Shown one piece after another: positions 26,301 to 38,900 of a stretch of 64,000 bases of DNA. The first letter of the stretch is position 1, and each line of letters begins with the position of its first letter. The notes below the pieces were generated by a model. It did no database searches. It was not told the DNA's origin and saw only the letters and a list, made by a program, of their open reading frames with translations. The stretch covers positions 124,001-188,000 of the forward strand of contig JAQGDQ010000076.1 of assembly GCA_030141605.1 (NCBI GenBank), given 5' to 3'. This stretch comes from Tubiluchus corallicola (lineage: Eukaryota > Animalia > Priapulida). Both the position numbers and the translations under genes were made by a program.

Positions 26301-27900
26301 AGCAAGCTTTGTCGCCAGCATGGGAAGAACGTTTTTAGTGAAAACGTAAAAATTACGTAACATGTCCCAGTTCCGAAGCGTTTATGAGCTGTTAGATTTA
26401 TTGTTGAAAACTAAAGAGTTAGCGTCAGTAATCCGGGCGCCAGACCTGTTACAGTTAAAATAACAAGTAAAGATGACTTAGTTAGTTCGACTTCTGTAGC
26501 TAGGTACTGATAGTGTGCTGTAAGGATTGAGCCATGCTTGTGGGTCTATAGCTCAGGTGATTAGAGCAAGTGTGATCTATGGTTCAAGTCCCGACAAGCT
26601 CATAGTTTTGCAAAGTTGTTTCTTGCAGTTACATTTAACTCATTAACAATTACATTTATTGTTAATAAATACATAAACAGTTAGGTTTGTTAATTCTGGC
26701 TTACCGTATCATCGACAAAAATTCCAGAACCATAGTTTATACCACTGAGCAAGTCTGCAAAAGTTAAGAAATTCAGCCTAAAATAATTACGAGTGTTATT
26801 GTTGTTAATATTTGCATAGATAAAGAAACAGTTAGCAGAAAATCAGACTATTACACTGCACACGAAAGGATGTAAGGATGCCTTGGCTGAATATTTAACT
26901 GAAACACTTATGGAAAAGACCAGCCGCTTAATATTCTGGACATATGGTTTAGCGGTAAGATTTTTTTCATCAAGTCTGTGCATGCGCTTCACTCACGCAC
27001 TTATTCGTGTATTCATTTATTCGCTTGTTTGTTCGTTCATTTATTCTTTCTTTCGTTCATTTATTCATCTTATCGTTCATGAATATCCGTATATTATATC
27101 GCTGATTCTGTTAGTTACTTGTTCATTCATTCGTTGTTTCTTTATTTGTTTGTTTGTCTGTCCGTTCATCTGTTCATTTATTCTTCTGGTATTTCGTTCA
27201 TTCATTTATTCATTGTTTCATTCATTTGTTGGTTCGTTCGTTCATTCATTCACTTTTTTCATCTTTTTATTTAGTAGTTCGTTTATCCACTCATACAGTT
27301 ACTGATGATTTACACTTATGATTCATTACAATCATTCATCTGTTTATTCGTGGATTAATTTGTTTATTAATTCTCTCATTTTTGCACTTACTTTCATTCA
27401 CTTCTTCATCTATTTATTAATTTCATTTATTCAGTTATGTAAAACTGACTAGTTACGACTTTTCTCAACTAGCATTTACCTTTCTATAGTGGATCGTTTT
27501 CATTCAAGCACGTTATCTTTCCACTACCATCAGCACGGCCATACTTTGGGGATACCCAACTGGAGAGGCACCCGGCTACCTGTGCGAAAGATGCCCCTGT
27601 GGTTGCTGTGACGACGGCGGTCAAATGCCACCGCCTCCCAAGGAAGGTGCTGAAGATGAAGATGAAGAAGAAGACGAGGAGGACACTTCACAACCAAGTC
27701 AGTCCTACAGCGAGGAGCAGGAGGGATCCCCGCATCACGAAAAGAAAAGAAAAGATAAGAAGGGTAAATCAAAAAAGGGAAAGGGCAAGTCAGATACTTC
27801 AAAAAAGAGTAAACCAGCAAAAAAGCCCAAAGCAAAAAAACCGAAAACTAAAAAGCCAAAAATGAAAAAACCGAAAATGAAAAAAATGAAATTTAAATAA
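23360..27900 (+). CDS. PRPH2: Peripherin-2/ROM1 (RDS)-family tetraspanin, 6 exons, 400 aa
   Basis: Exons 23360-23705, 24476-24587, 24915-25022, 25742-25832, 26820-26954 and 27490-27900 total 1203 nt in frame. The N-terminus MPVLPIRFSEPGREKLG resembles PRPH2 MALLKVKFDQKKRVKLA. The large loop has IDRLQMDLKCCGSSSYSDWFNVSW, DSVPFSCCSPDVLMPC and KGC; after TM4 come RYL and GYL. The symbol marks the family; one-to-one orthology to PRPH2 rather than ROM1 is not shown. Confidence 0.88.
25470..25700. repeat. Degenerate (TTTATC/TTTTTA)n T-rich simple repeat in a peripherin-like intron
   Basis: Read directly from the sequence. Confidence 0.75.
26542..26602 (+). pseudogene. tRNA-derived fragment (SINE head or tRNA pseudogene)
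   Basis: A box TAGCTCAGGTGATTAGAGC and B box GGTTCAAGTCCC are present, but the anticodon arm is missing and the acceptor stem pairs poorly. Confidence 0.5.
26985..27435. repeat. Degenerate (TTCA/TTCG/TTTG)n tetranucleotide repeat
   Basis: Read directly from the sequence; it lies in peripherin-like intron 5. Confidence 0.85.
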
Positions 27901-28427
27901 TTGTAATTTAGCACTGTTTATTGTGATAAATATTTAAATCGTGATTAAAAAATTTATTGAACGATTTGCAACAGGAATTTCTGATTTATGTATGTAAATA
28001 ATTGCAATTTACATTGAACGTTCAAGTTTATCAAAATGAACAAAATAAAGTTGTTGATACAGCAGTTCTAAAAATTTATCCAGCTTCACTTTCAGTTTAA
28101 ATTTCATTAGTTTTATGCCAGTAAGTGCCTGAAGGTGCTGAATTATTCAGTTTCTTCATAATTTTTATAATTAACAACTCAGTTTGATTGCGATCGTATC
28201 ATAGACAGTTGTTCATTTTATCGCTTTTTGTGTGGACATGAGTATTAATGTAATCCCAAAAAGTCTGATAATAATTATTTATGCGATCTCAAGCAGTCGC
28301 CACTGTATACAATATCACAGTCACGGTCGTAATTATTTCTTGCAAATAATTTATTAACACCTGTTTTAACAAGCTCTCGAAATTTACAGGTGTTGAAACC
28401 ATTTAAAAAGAGAACATCAAGCATGTT

Positions 28428-31400
28428 CTATGACCTCTGGAATTTAAAGCCGTCATGGTAAGAAGATTCATCTTGGTCTTTGGTGTATTGTTGGTACTGC
28501 ATCTTTTTCGTTTCAACCTCCACAGTACTCTTTCCGCTAGGCCTTTGCTTTATCATTCGCCTTTTTTCGCTTACAACTGGTGATCCTTCTCGCCGTTGAC
28601 CATATGGTGAAGGAGACTCGCTACTATTTCTTGTGTGATATTCTCGTGAGCCCTTCCTGTCTGAGTATTCATCTCTGTCAGTAAAGTATCTGTCATATTC
28701 AGCGGGCGCTTTGTTATATCTTTTATATCCAGGTCGCCTATCTTCACGTTTAAAATGATCACTTTCATCAAAGAAGCTACTGCCATCATCATACTGTCTT
28801 TCAATAGATCTGTCGGATGAAGAATATCCAACATTTTTAGATGGATAGTAGTCACTTTCTTGTTCATGGTGGTATCTATAATCATTTTTCCCGTCGCTGT
28901 CATAGTTCTTTCTATGTACAGTTGGAGCATCGCTGTAGCTTTTAAATCTATTGTCTTGACTAGAGTAGTCATGTATTTTGTGGTCATATTCTTTTCCAGG
29001 ACTGTTATCATAAAAAGCTTGTCCATGGTCTTTATTGGAAGTATCATATGGTTGCTCATAATCTAAATTTGTGTATCTCTGTCTATTATCTGCATCATGG
29101 CGATGATCGTGATTGTTATCATAGTTTGGTGACTTGTATGACATTCTTTTGTGGTCATGGTAAGGACGTGGACTATCATCGTATCTCTGCGCACCTTTAT
29201 GTTCATATTGCGGACGTTTAGGTCCACGCTCATATTTTCGAGCATCTGGATGCTCGCCTGTGTAGTCATTGTCCGACGTATAGTACCCGGGTTCAGGTGG
29301 ACCACTGTACCTTTGACTGCCACGAGAAGGCGGGTATCTTCGCTCGGGTCTGGAATTTTCCTGATAGTAGTCATTTTGTTTACCAACGTAACTATTTTGT
29401 GGTTTATAATCACTTTCACTATTTTTGTAGTAAGAATTTGATGGAGGACGAGTATATTCACCTCTGTATTCAGATTCGTCATTGTATGACCTTTCTTCAC
29501 TAGGATCACGTTGTCCACTCTGAGCGTCCTGTGGGGCTTGTTGATTGTTTTGTGGAATTGCAGGCTGTGGAGGTTCTGGTGGAGGTGGAGCTTCTGTCAC
29601 AAGGTCGTTATCGTTATCACTAAAAATAGGCTGAAGATCGGCTCCTTCATCTTCTCCATCGGATCCTTTTCGACTTGCAACTGCACCTTGATTTATGACA
29701 GCTAAGTTACTTTCCATTAATTTCTCATATGAATCTCCAGCATCCTGAAAAGGCCCGCCTCTGCCTCCCCCAAATCCACCTTGGAAGAAAGGATTGCCAG
29801 AGTAGGGGCCCATAATCGGACCTTGAGGGCCATAGTCGATAGGTGCACCTGGATATTGTCCTTGAATACGTGCCCCATGTGGACCTTGACCTGCTCCTGG
29901 AATACCACTCCCACCCGGCCCACCTCCATATCCTGGCGCATCAAAGAAGATACCTGGCATTCCAAATCCAGGTGGAGGTCCAGCTCCATATCCAGGATCT
30001 GTCCTTTGAGGATCTCTCCCATATAATTGACCACCGGGTCCTGGGGGTCCACCAAACAACGCAAACTCGTCAGGTTTACCATAATCACTACCTGGTGGGT
30101 TTCTATATAATGCTATGCCTTGCTCTCTTTCTGGTCCCCCATATGTCCTTATTGGAGCTGTTGCACCAAATCTTGCTTCTTGTGGCCTGCTAGCTCCACC
30201 AAGATTATCGTTGTATTCCCTACCCCGCAGTCGATAGCCATTTCGTTCTGGGTAGCGACTTTCTCTGTCATAATCACGTTCATCAGAGATGATTTTTGGT
30301 TCTTTCCTTTGGTCATATGTTCTATACCGTCGATCATCATTGCTCACAGCTCGTGCTCGGTTTCCATACCTAAATAAGAATATATAAATGCCTCTTACTG
30401 GACTTATAACTTGGTGGTTGTTATATCATTAATTTACTATATAGCTATATAGGAATTGAGGCCTTGGCTTATAGACGTACTGCGTAATTTGGAAAATTAA
30501 AAATGAGATTTTTCCAATAATATACCATGATGTTTAATAATGATCAAACTATCTTTAAACCAATACCCTGATATTTGAATATCATTAAAATATGGATTTG
30601 TTACATATCATAAAGCATCTGAATAAGTGCAGTAGCTATTGATCACTTTTCAAATATTTACACAGATTATTTCACTTGCTCTTTAATCCACGGAGTATAC
30701 AAACAATTAAGATTATTTACCTAGAAGAAAATCCTCCTTTGTAGCTGCCATTGTAATTACCTCTATTTCTAGAATCCCTGTCATTTGATTCTCGATTGCT
30801 ATAGCTTCGATACCTGTCATTGTACCTTCGGTCATTATAGCCCCTATCAAAATATAGACCGCTGCTATACTATTCAGATATGAGAAGACGAATTCATTTT
30901 GTAGCTAATCATTTGCGAGTTAGTATAGAATACGTGTATCTCAAAGTCAAAAGACAACAGTGTGTCATGATAAGCCATTGCATTTTCCCAACACTGGATA
31001 CTGAAACTGGATCACAAGTTCTACTTCAAACAATAAGACATAGTCAATTTCTGCAAGTATTATATACTGTAAATATAAAACAAACTACACCCTGTAAAGA
31101 CCTTGTTGTACACCTTCATGATGAAGGAAATTAATTATTTTAATCTTAAAGTTCAAAAGTAATATTAATGATGTTACAAACCCACGTTTAATTAAATTTT
31201 GACCGCAAATTTGAAAGACATGAAACGTGAAAACTTTGGGATGCAGCCAAGATTTCAACCAAGGACCTCTACAAGGACCTCTCCAAGTGGTCAAGACAGG
31301 CCAAAAGTTGACCCTTAAGATTTAATTAATGGTTTTTTTGCAACATCACGAAGAAATGTTCTCTCTCACTATTCATTATTAGAAGATAATTCTACATTCA

Positions 31401-32955
31401 AGTTTATTAGCAACATTGTCCAAGTTTGTCCTCCTCAACAGATGCCGGTTTTGTTGCCAACATTACAAGACAGATATTCATACTACAATAATTTGATATC
31501 AACTGCATAGGCCTAGGCATTATACCCAAATAGCTACTAAACATTTTACACTTTGATACTTTTGATGTTGGTGCTTACTTACTGCATGCGTGTAGTAATG
31601 TTACTTTCCATTTATATACCTATTATATACCTGTTTCTATTGCCAAAAACTCTGGCTTGGTATGGTGCTGGTGGGTGTCCATGTGACCTGTCATTAGGCA
31701 GACGAGCACCATATCCGGATTCCAGATTGTAACTTGTAACTGGACCATAGCCAGAATCAGGGCCTTGTGCTGGATGTGGACTATAAGCGTCCCCTGGACC
31801 TGGCCCATAACTGGGGAATGGCCCTCCAGCAGGTGGTGGACCATAACCCGGCCCTGGTCTGGGAAGAGAGCCGGGAGGAACAGGTCCAAGATTATACCCT
31901 GGCCCAGGACTCGGATTAATGCCTGGGTTATGATTAGTGTCTGGACCAGGGATAGAGCCTGGGTTGTACCCCAAACCTTTACCGTATTCCAATGGTGGTA
32001 GTGGTTGTCTGACACTCCCAACAGGTAGAGCTGATTGTAAGCTCTCAGCATACTCTGGATGTGGACCATTATAAATACTTTGTCGGCGTTGTCCTTGTGC
32101 AACATGACCTTGCTGGGGAATTGGACCAGGAGGTCCCTGTATAAAATGCCTCTTTTGTGGTAATGAATCAGGAGGTATGTTTGGTAAGATTCCTGCTCCA
32201 AAAGAAATTTGTCCCGCACCAGGAGGGGGTAAGCCGAGAATCGGTTGGTTAGCACCACCTTGGTTATGCATGTTATTATAAACCTCAGGTGGTGACTCAT
32301 CTTCTTTATAACTTTTGTCGGAAAAGTATGGCAAAGGATTTCCTTCAAATGGTTCAACTGGGGGGCCATAATTAGGAAAATTAAAGCCTGACGACACAAG
32401 AGCCTGGGCAGGAATTGGTCCAGCTCCTTGTACTAATTGAGGTGGACCATAATGGAACTGCTGCTGTCGTACGCCGGCAGGCCCATACTCATTTTCATTT
32501 GGTGGTGGACCTCCCGGAGGTGGTGCATACAAAGCTGGTGGACCATAGTGTGGATGATCTTGGATTGTAGTATTTTCTGAGATAGTTACTGTACCGTCAT
32601 CTGTTCCGTTTATATAGTACCGCCAATATTTAGGTTTTGTATCATTACCGACATATACAGGAATCTTCCACACTGTCCTTGACAAGTGTGGTGCCTTTTC
32701 ATTTTTCCTCCGGGGATATTTAGGCCCAGTATTTTGAATATCGTCACCATAATACGCCAGTTTTGGAGGCAAGTAAGACTTCGTGTCTGCAGTCATTGGC
32801 TTCGTGACTTGCTTTGTTTTATCTTGAGGGCTCATGTCTGCTTGATCTCCATTTAGTTGCCTTCGGAGTTTATCGAATTTGCCAAGTTCGATTTCATGCT
32901 TGTCCACTTCTTTACTGCTAGGGGTCAGTGTCTCTGCTCCAGTGTTCACTGTCAC
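28428..32955 (-). CDS. Large low-complexity Gly/Pro/Tyr-rich, then Asp/Tyr/Ser/Arg-rich protein (protein A), probably secreted; three well-supported 3' exons, about 1136 aa
   Basis: Exons 32955-31631, 30864 (or 30861, tandem NAGNAG acceptor)-30721 and 30369-28428 have GT-AG boundaries with matching phase-2 junctions. They join the 447-aa and 639-aa track ORFs. Recurrent YGP/YGPP and PGPG motifs; no Cys seen in these exons. Confidence 0.85.
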
Positions 32956-34176
32956 CTACAGATTAAAATGACATATCATCATCTAGAGTGCTTTTTACAG
33001 GAAACCACAAATTACTGACAAGTTCAACTTGCTCAAATTTGGCCTTCATGCAGTTACACGTGTAGTCGACAATCAATCGACGACATCAAAATAATGAAAA
33101 TTGCTGTTTTTAGTTTTGAGGCACACTTGCCCTATTGAATTTGCCTATCACCCTTGAACAATAGGAATTATTCCAACGTGCAATCAAAATCTTAACCTAT
33201 TGCACCACAAGTACTAAGACAATAAATTAAGCCGGGCTGTATAAAATCTAGTTCCTGTTTAGATTAGATACAACAATACTCTAACTTGAGTTCAAGTTTA
33301 GCAGGAAAAATGGGTTAGTGGAGACAATTATCATTTAACAACAATACAGGGTGATTGAAAAGAATGGGCACTTTCATCAGTTTCATGTGTTTATTGTGGA
33401 TTGTGCAGCAATGAATACAATATAAATTATGGATGACACTGTTCTTCAACACAGTTCTCATCTTTTAATTGACGCTAAGACACGTCACTCATTGCGAGTG
33501 CAGGGTTGCTGGATGTTGGCTTGTTTATTTATTTATTATTTTGGTATTTGCCATTGTAAACATTATTTCGAAAATACGTGTACAGTGCCTTACACATCCT
33601 AATTCAACAAATAATCCGACTGGTCTTGTTCGTTAAATAACAAACACTTCTGCTCTTAGACTGTAATGATAAAAGCAAAATAAGTGTAACCACTTCTAGT
33701 GTGGACTAGAAAACTTGGAAGGCGAAGACTGACAGTTGCCCAAGAAACATTCACAGGCTATTATTTTAATAAAAATCACATCGTCGCACTTTATAATAAC
33801 ATCTGCGGAAAAAAACGAAACATCAGTTTGTAACTTTTATGTACCAGGAGTGCATGTACGTAAGCCAAATGAACGAGCTGGCAAGTGCCAGAGCAAACTC
33901 CTTGATACGTGGAATGATAGAAACACAGCGTTTCCAAAAAGCCGAAAACTCAACTGGGTACAGAGATAATAAATGTTTGAAGTACTAAACTCAGTAAAGA
34001 AAAAGAAATAACTTTTCATTTAAACACGAAATTTCACGCATGTGTCTATAATCAATCAAGATGTTTATATCACAAAGGAAGAGTTTATGCTAGTAAAGTA
34101 AAGCATACAAATCAAGACCTGAAATGGTTAGTTTAGTTTACCGGTCCCTTAAAAGGCAGTATGATTTATATCTTAC

Positions 34177-35137
34177 CGATATTTTTTGGAATATAAAATG
34201 CGGGATCCCTAGAGTTTTGTCATGTTGTTGTCGCTGTCGTCGTTGTAGTAGTAATATTTGTTTTTTAAAGGTATGACTACAAAAGCAATAACAAGAATGA
34301 GAGTGATCGTACATGTGATAGTATGGCCGTATGAGTCAGTGCAACTTTAATGATGGCTAGATGATAGTGCCTAGAACTGCTGGTGGTGGTAGCAGCAGTA
34401 GTTGCCTGGTAGTTGTGCTGGTACTGTGACAATGATGATGACGACGATGTGATAGTATGGCCGTATGAGTCAGTGCAACTTTAATGATGGCTAGATGATA
34501 ATGCCTAGAACTGCTGGTGGTGGTAGCAGCAGTAGTTGCCTGGTAGTTGTGCTGGTACTGTGACAATGATGATGACGACGATGTGATAGTATGGCCGTAT
34601 GAGTCAGTGCAACTTTAATGATGGCTAGATGATAGTGCCTAGAACTGCTGGTGGTGGTAGCAGCAGTAGTTGCCTGGTAGTTGTGCTGGTACTGTGACAA
34701 TGATGATGACGACGATAATGAACTTCATGATTATGACGATGGTGATGAAACGATGATAGTAATAACGAATGTTTATAGTGATGTGATGATAATGAGCGCT
34801 ATATACTTTCTCACCAACTGAATCTTAAATTACATATATAAACTGAGTGCATGACAATATCATGACAGCCTGGGAACAAACGATCTACTTACAGTATTTA
34901 CACGGATCATTATTGCTCTTTTTAGAGCGTTTCAAGTCCACTAACTCCACTAACGGAAAGCGGGATCATAATTATTATAATAACAAGTAAACTGAAAGTC
35001 TAAAACTAAAATACCAGGAAGCTTTACCTGCCATAATGGCAAAGTTTGTGATTTCTCACAACAGACTTTCATAAATTACCTTTAATACACCCGAATAAGC
35101 TTACATAAAGGCTTATACTTGACTTGTAATAACCCAT
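34177..35137 (-). CDS. Candidate 5' exons of protein A (tentative)
   Basis: One phase-consistent model is 35137-35080 (MGYYKSSISLYVSLFGCIK), 34949-34893 (VELVDLKRSKKSNNDPCKY) and 34208-34177 (WIPHFIFQKIS), splicing in phase 0 to 32955. Donors are gtaatt, gtaagt and gtaaga. The 34208 acceptor has a weak pyrimidine tract, and an alternative start ATG GCA G exists near 35028-35034. Confidence 0.4.
34313..34716. repeat. Tandem repeat, 3 x 134 bp, nearly identical
   Basis: Units start at 34313, 34447 and 34581 (ATGTGATAGTATGGCCGTATGAGTCAG...GATGATGACGACG). I saw a single difference, GATAATGCC in unit 2 versus GATAGTGCC. Confidence 0.95.
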
Positions 35138-35742
35138 TGTAACTTATCTGAGCGTTTTTGTAAGCTCTAGCACCTGATCGTATAAAGTGCTGCATGACAT
35201 TCTCTTCAGATTTATAATTATGCTATCTTGCATTGTGCAAAAAAAGTAAATAGTAGACAAGGGTAACACAAATACAGTGGATCTGATTTCTATAATAATG
35301 TGTACGTGCACTCGGTGCAATTTATAGCAGTCCTGTTATTCAGTACACCGCAGCACGTATCGATCACTTTTTATTCAGCAAAGTGTGTAATTTTCCCACG
35401 TGAATGTAACATTCCTTAGATTACATTTTTTTGTAGTCATTAAGTAAAAGTGGCAGTAAAGTCATGTTTAGTAAATTCTGAAGCATACAGACTATAGATC
35501 AACCATTTTTCGTCACTGTTAAATCCTGGGGAAAAATTAAACAAACTTTTTCTTTAAGACATCTTTTGGTTTATTTCTAGTTTTTTGTTCTCTCAACTGT
35601 TTCTTTATCTCTTACATTTTCTGCAAATTATTTTTTCATCTCCTTTTCCTACTCTCAGTCAATTTTCGACTCTTTTATATCTTCTCGCCTTTCTGTCTCC
35701 CCATCTTTTTTTGTTCACCTTTCCTTCTGTTTTGCTTTCGCC

Positions 35743-35995
<253 letters not shown>

Positions 35996-38900
35996 TGTCT
36001 CTCTCCATTTCATTCTTTTTCATTTCCACATTCTAACTTTTGTCCTGCCCTCTATTTGACATTCTCTCCACCTTTCTCTTTTTTGTGTGATCCACGTCGG
36101 TCTCTTTCTTCCCATCATGAAAGCGTAATAAAATAGTGTGAAACAAAAAATCCTCCATCAAATACCTTATTACTCGTAATAATAGCAGTCGTTTCTCGTG
36201 CAAAGTGCGAACATGTAACTAATATTTGCATTCGCTGGTAAACTAAGTGCACGTAGATGTTTATTTATATAGTTGTAAAGGTACTCACCGCAAAAATGAG
36301 AACAACAATATATTCAATTTTCATCTTATTGACTGCTGTCCATTAATGTTATCAAGCAATTTCATAGCCTTTTCTCCAAAACGCTTTTTCAGTTACACAC
36401 AGTTACTCCTCGGCTGTTTGTGTTTTACTCATAATAAATGATTGCGGGCGTATTAATTGTATCCCAAATTGGCCGTATTTCCAGCCAGAGTTTCGCGCCT
36501 CTCACAAGAGCTTCTCTCAAGCATTAAACGCGATGATACACTCAAATGATTCCAATGATAACGTCAAATTAAATTTACCTAAAGTCAACTCGCTTCACAA
36601 AGAGCTATATGCGCGAGGTATCGCTTGGGTCGGGCCGGTCCTCCCCCTATCTTTTCCGTATAAGTAGTCTCTATAAACAGAGTGTTTATTTAGTTCATTT
36701 GTGAATCAGAATTGTTCGCTGATTAGTGCAATTTTTGCGAAAATAGCAAATCGAAACACAACGCCAGCGTTGATGGTTTTTTACTGGCCGATTTTTGGGT
36801 GCAAATACAGAAAGTGGGTGAAAATAGCTGCGGGTGGATCATGTAAGATGGAAAACTTTGGGTAACTTGTTACAGTTTGAATTGCTTTCTAAATGCAGTT
36901 GAATTTCAAGTGTTTTGAAATGTTGACAGAATTGCCTGGGAGAGGCTTTGATGGCTTTCCCCAACAACAAAAGAAGTTATGATTTACAAAAAACTTACAC
37001 GCATATTCAAGCTGATATTAATAGCAGAAATCCGCTCTAAGCATCACAAAACCCTATTGTCTAAATGCAGGAAAATTGTTTGATTTTGAAATTGTTTTAA
37101 CGCCCTTTACTGCAGTGTCTATACCTAAAATAGTATAGATCAAGAGATGACAGAAATTCATATTATTTTTATAATTAATTTAAAATCTTTAATAAAGCGA
37201 GATTATTGTTAATTTAATTAATCATATATAACATTAGATGTAGTTTCAATATATGACCAGTTAAAATCTCAAGGATTCATTAGGATTTTATATAATAAAT
37301 TAACTACTACGAACTTACTTTATTTGGATTAAAATTAATTTAAGTAAATTTAATTAGTGCAAAGACTAAATATTAGTCTTTACGTGTACCTGCTGCAGCC
37401 ATGTATACATAAATACGAATGTGTATTTTCTATTTGAATGTGTATTTTTTATTTTGTACCATTCAGCGAATAAGTTGAAATTAATTTTAGCGGACCACAC
37501 TTAAAATAAATCAGTTGAAAATGAGATTCTAATAATAAACAGCAGCAAAATGGCTATTATCAATAATTATCTAACACTGAAGAAAAGAGCTAGAAAAACT
37601 GGCTGGAATCTACTGGTTACATACGCAAAAGTGTGTGGAAAAAGCGAAACACATTTAACTCTTCCTGGTAGTTTTGAAATTTGTTCGCAAACGTCGTTCA
37701 GTGACAATTGTTAGAAAGCGTTGCAAATACTATTCCAAGCACATCTGTATTTGTTAAAATATTTCTTTTCTACATCAATTTTCCCTTGCGTTTTTTCTTC
37801 CATTTCCAGTGTTTAGTTTTTATTCAATACTGCTGCACATGTTTAACCACATAAGCCTTCAAACGATAGCTGTTACAAATGAATCTCACAAATTCCAAGC
37901 AAGTCTTTCCATTTCTGAGAGGACAAAAATTATTTATTAAGTACTTCTTAACGTGTAATTCTGCTCAACATTATTTATGATTGAAGACTTGTTGCACACT
38001 TAATTGCTTTTGCTCCTCGCCACAATTAAGATTCGCACAAAACTTTCATCGTTGAATGAGAAGCCCAGGGTTTGTCTTGAAAATTCACACCAAATCTGGA
38101 AACTCACGACACGAGGCGTCTAAATGAGAAAGTGAAAGAATCACTTAGTCATCATTATTAGAAAAATAACTTGTTAACCTTGGCCAAACTAAACAAATAA
38201 TTTACACTTGAGGCAATTTTCTTAAACTCAAATTACTTGATAGCAGACCTGAATTTACTAATTGCAAGTATGAATTTATTGTTATTATTATTTCGTAATT
38301 GGTCGAGCGAGTTGTAGCTTAAGAGGTTGAAAATCCAAGTTCAAAAGCTGTACAAGAAAAATAAAAAATAATGATCCTTGTGTGGAAAATATTCGAGTTA
38401 CTCTACATGTAAATGGATAGTCGTCACAAATAGACGATTAGATTACATTTAATTAATGATTTGAAATTTTGTTAAACAAAGTTTTACTTTCTCGAAGAAT
38501 CGTTGTGCTGGGGGGGGGGGGATGAAGGATCAAAGCCTAGTGGAGTCAAATACCGTTAATGATTTTAATCTAAAACGTTTTATAAAAACGTTAAGGAACA
38601 ATTCGAGTGAGACACATGCAGACAGGTAACTATGTTGCCAAAGAAATTAGCCTGACCACAGGGACTTGAACTGAAAAATACACGCGTGGCAAGGATAAGA
38701 AAAACAAATGAATAAAAGAGACCAAAGAGGCGACGCGAGAAAAGACCATATTAAGCCAAAAAGCAATACAATGTTATTGTGTTAATCAAGTTTAAAAGCT
38801 ACTTAATTGACGTGACGTTTTACATATTAACCTGCGGTGGTGTTGCACTAAATTACATCGAGGGAAATCGCTACAAGACTAACAAAAGTGACAAAAAAGA

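Noticed and set aside
26542-26602. Functional tRNA gene
   Set aside because: The A and B boxes are too close together, there is no anticodon stem-loop and the acceptor pairing is poor.
26955-27305. Hydrophobic extension of the 140-aa ORF as extra transmembrane segments
   Set aside because: It is read-through into an intronic (TTCA)n repeat after a good donor at 26954.
28571-32399. Long alternative-frame and antisense ORFs (e.g. 31623-32399, 29063-29518, 28571-29059), suggesting dual coding
   Set aside because: These are expected shadows of Tyr/Asp/Gly/Pro codon bias (TAT-GAT creates ATG and few off-frame stops). They have no independent splice or motif support.
34313-34716. Possible CRISPR-like array or repeated 69-aa ORFs
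   Set aside because: The units are contiguous with no unique spacers, the context is eukaryotic, and 134 bp is not a codon multiple.
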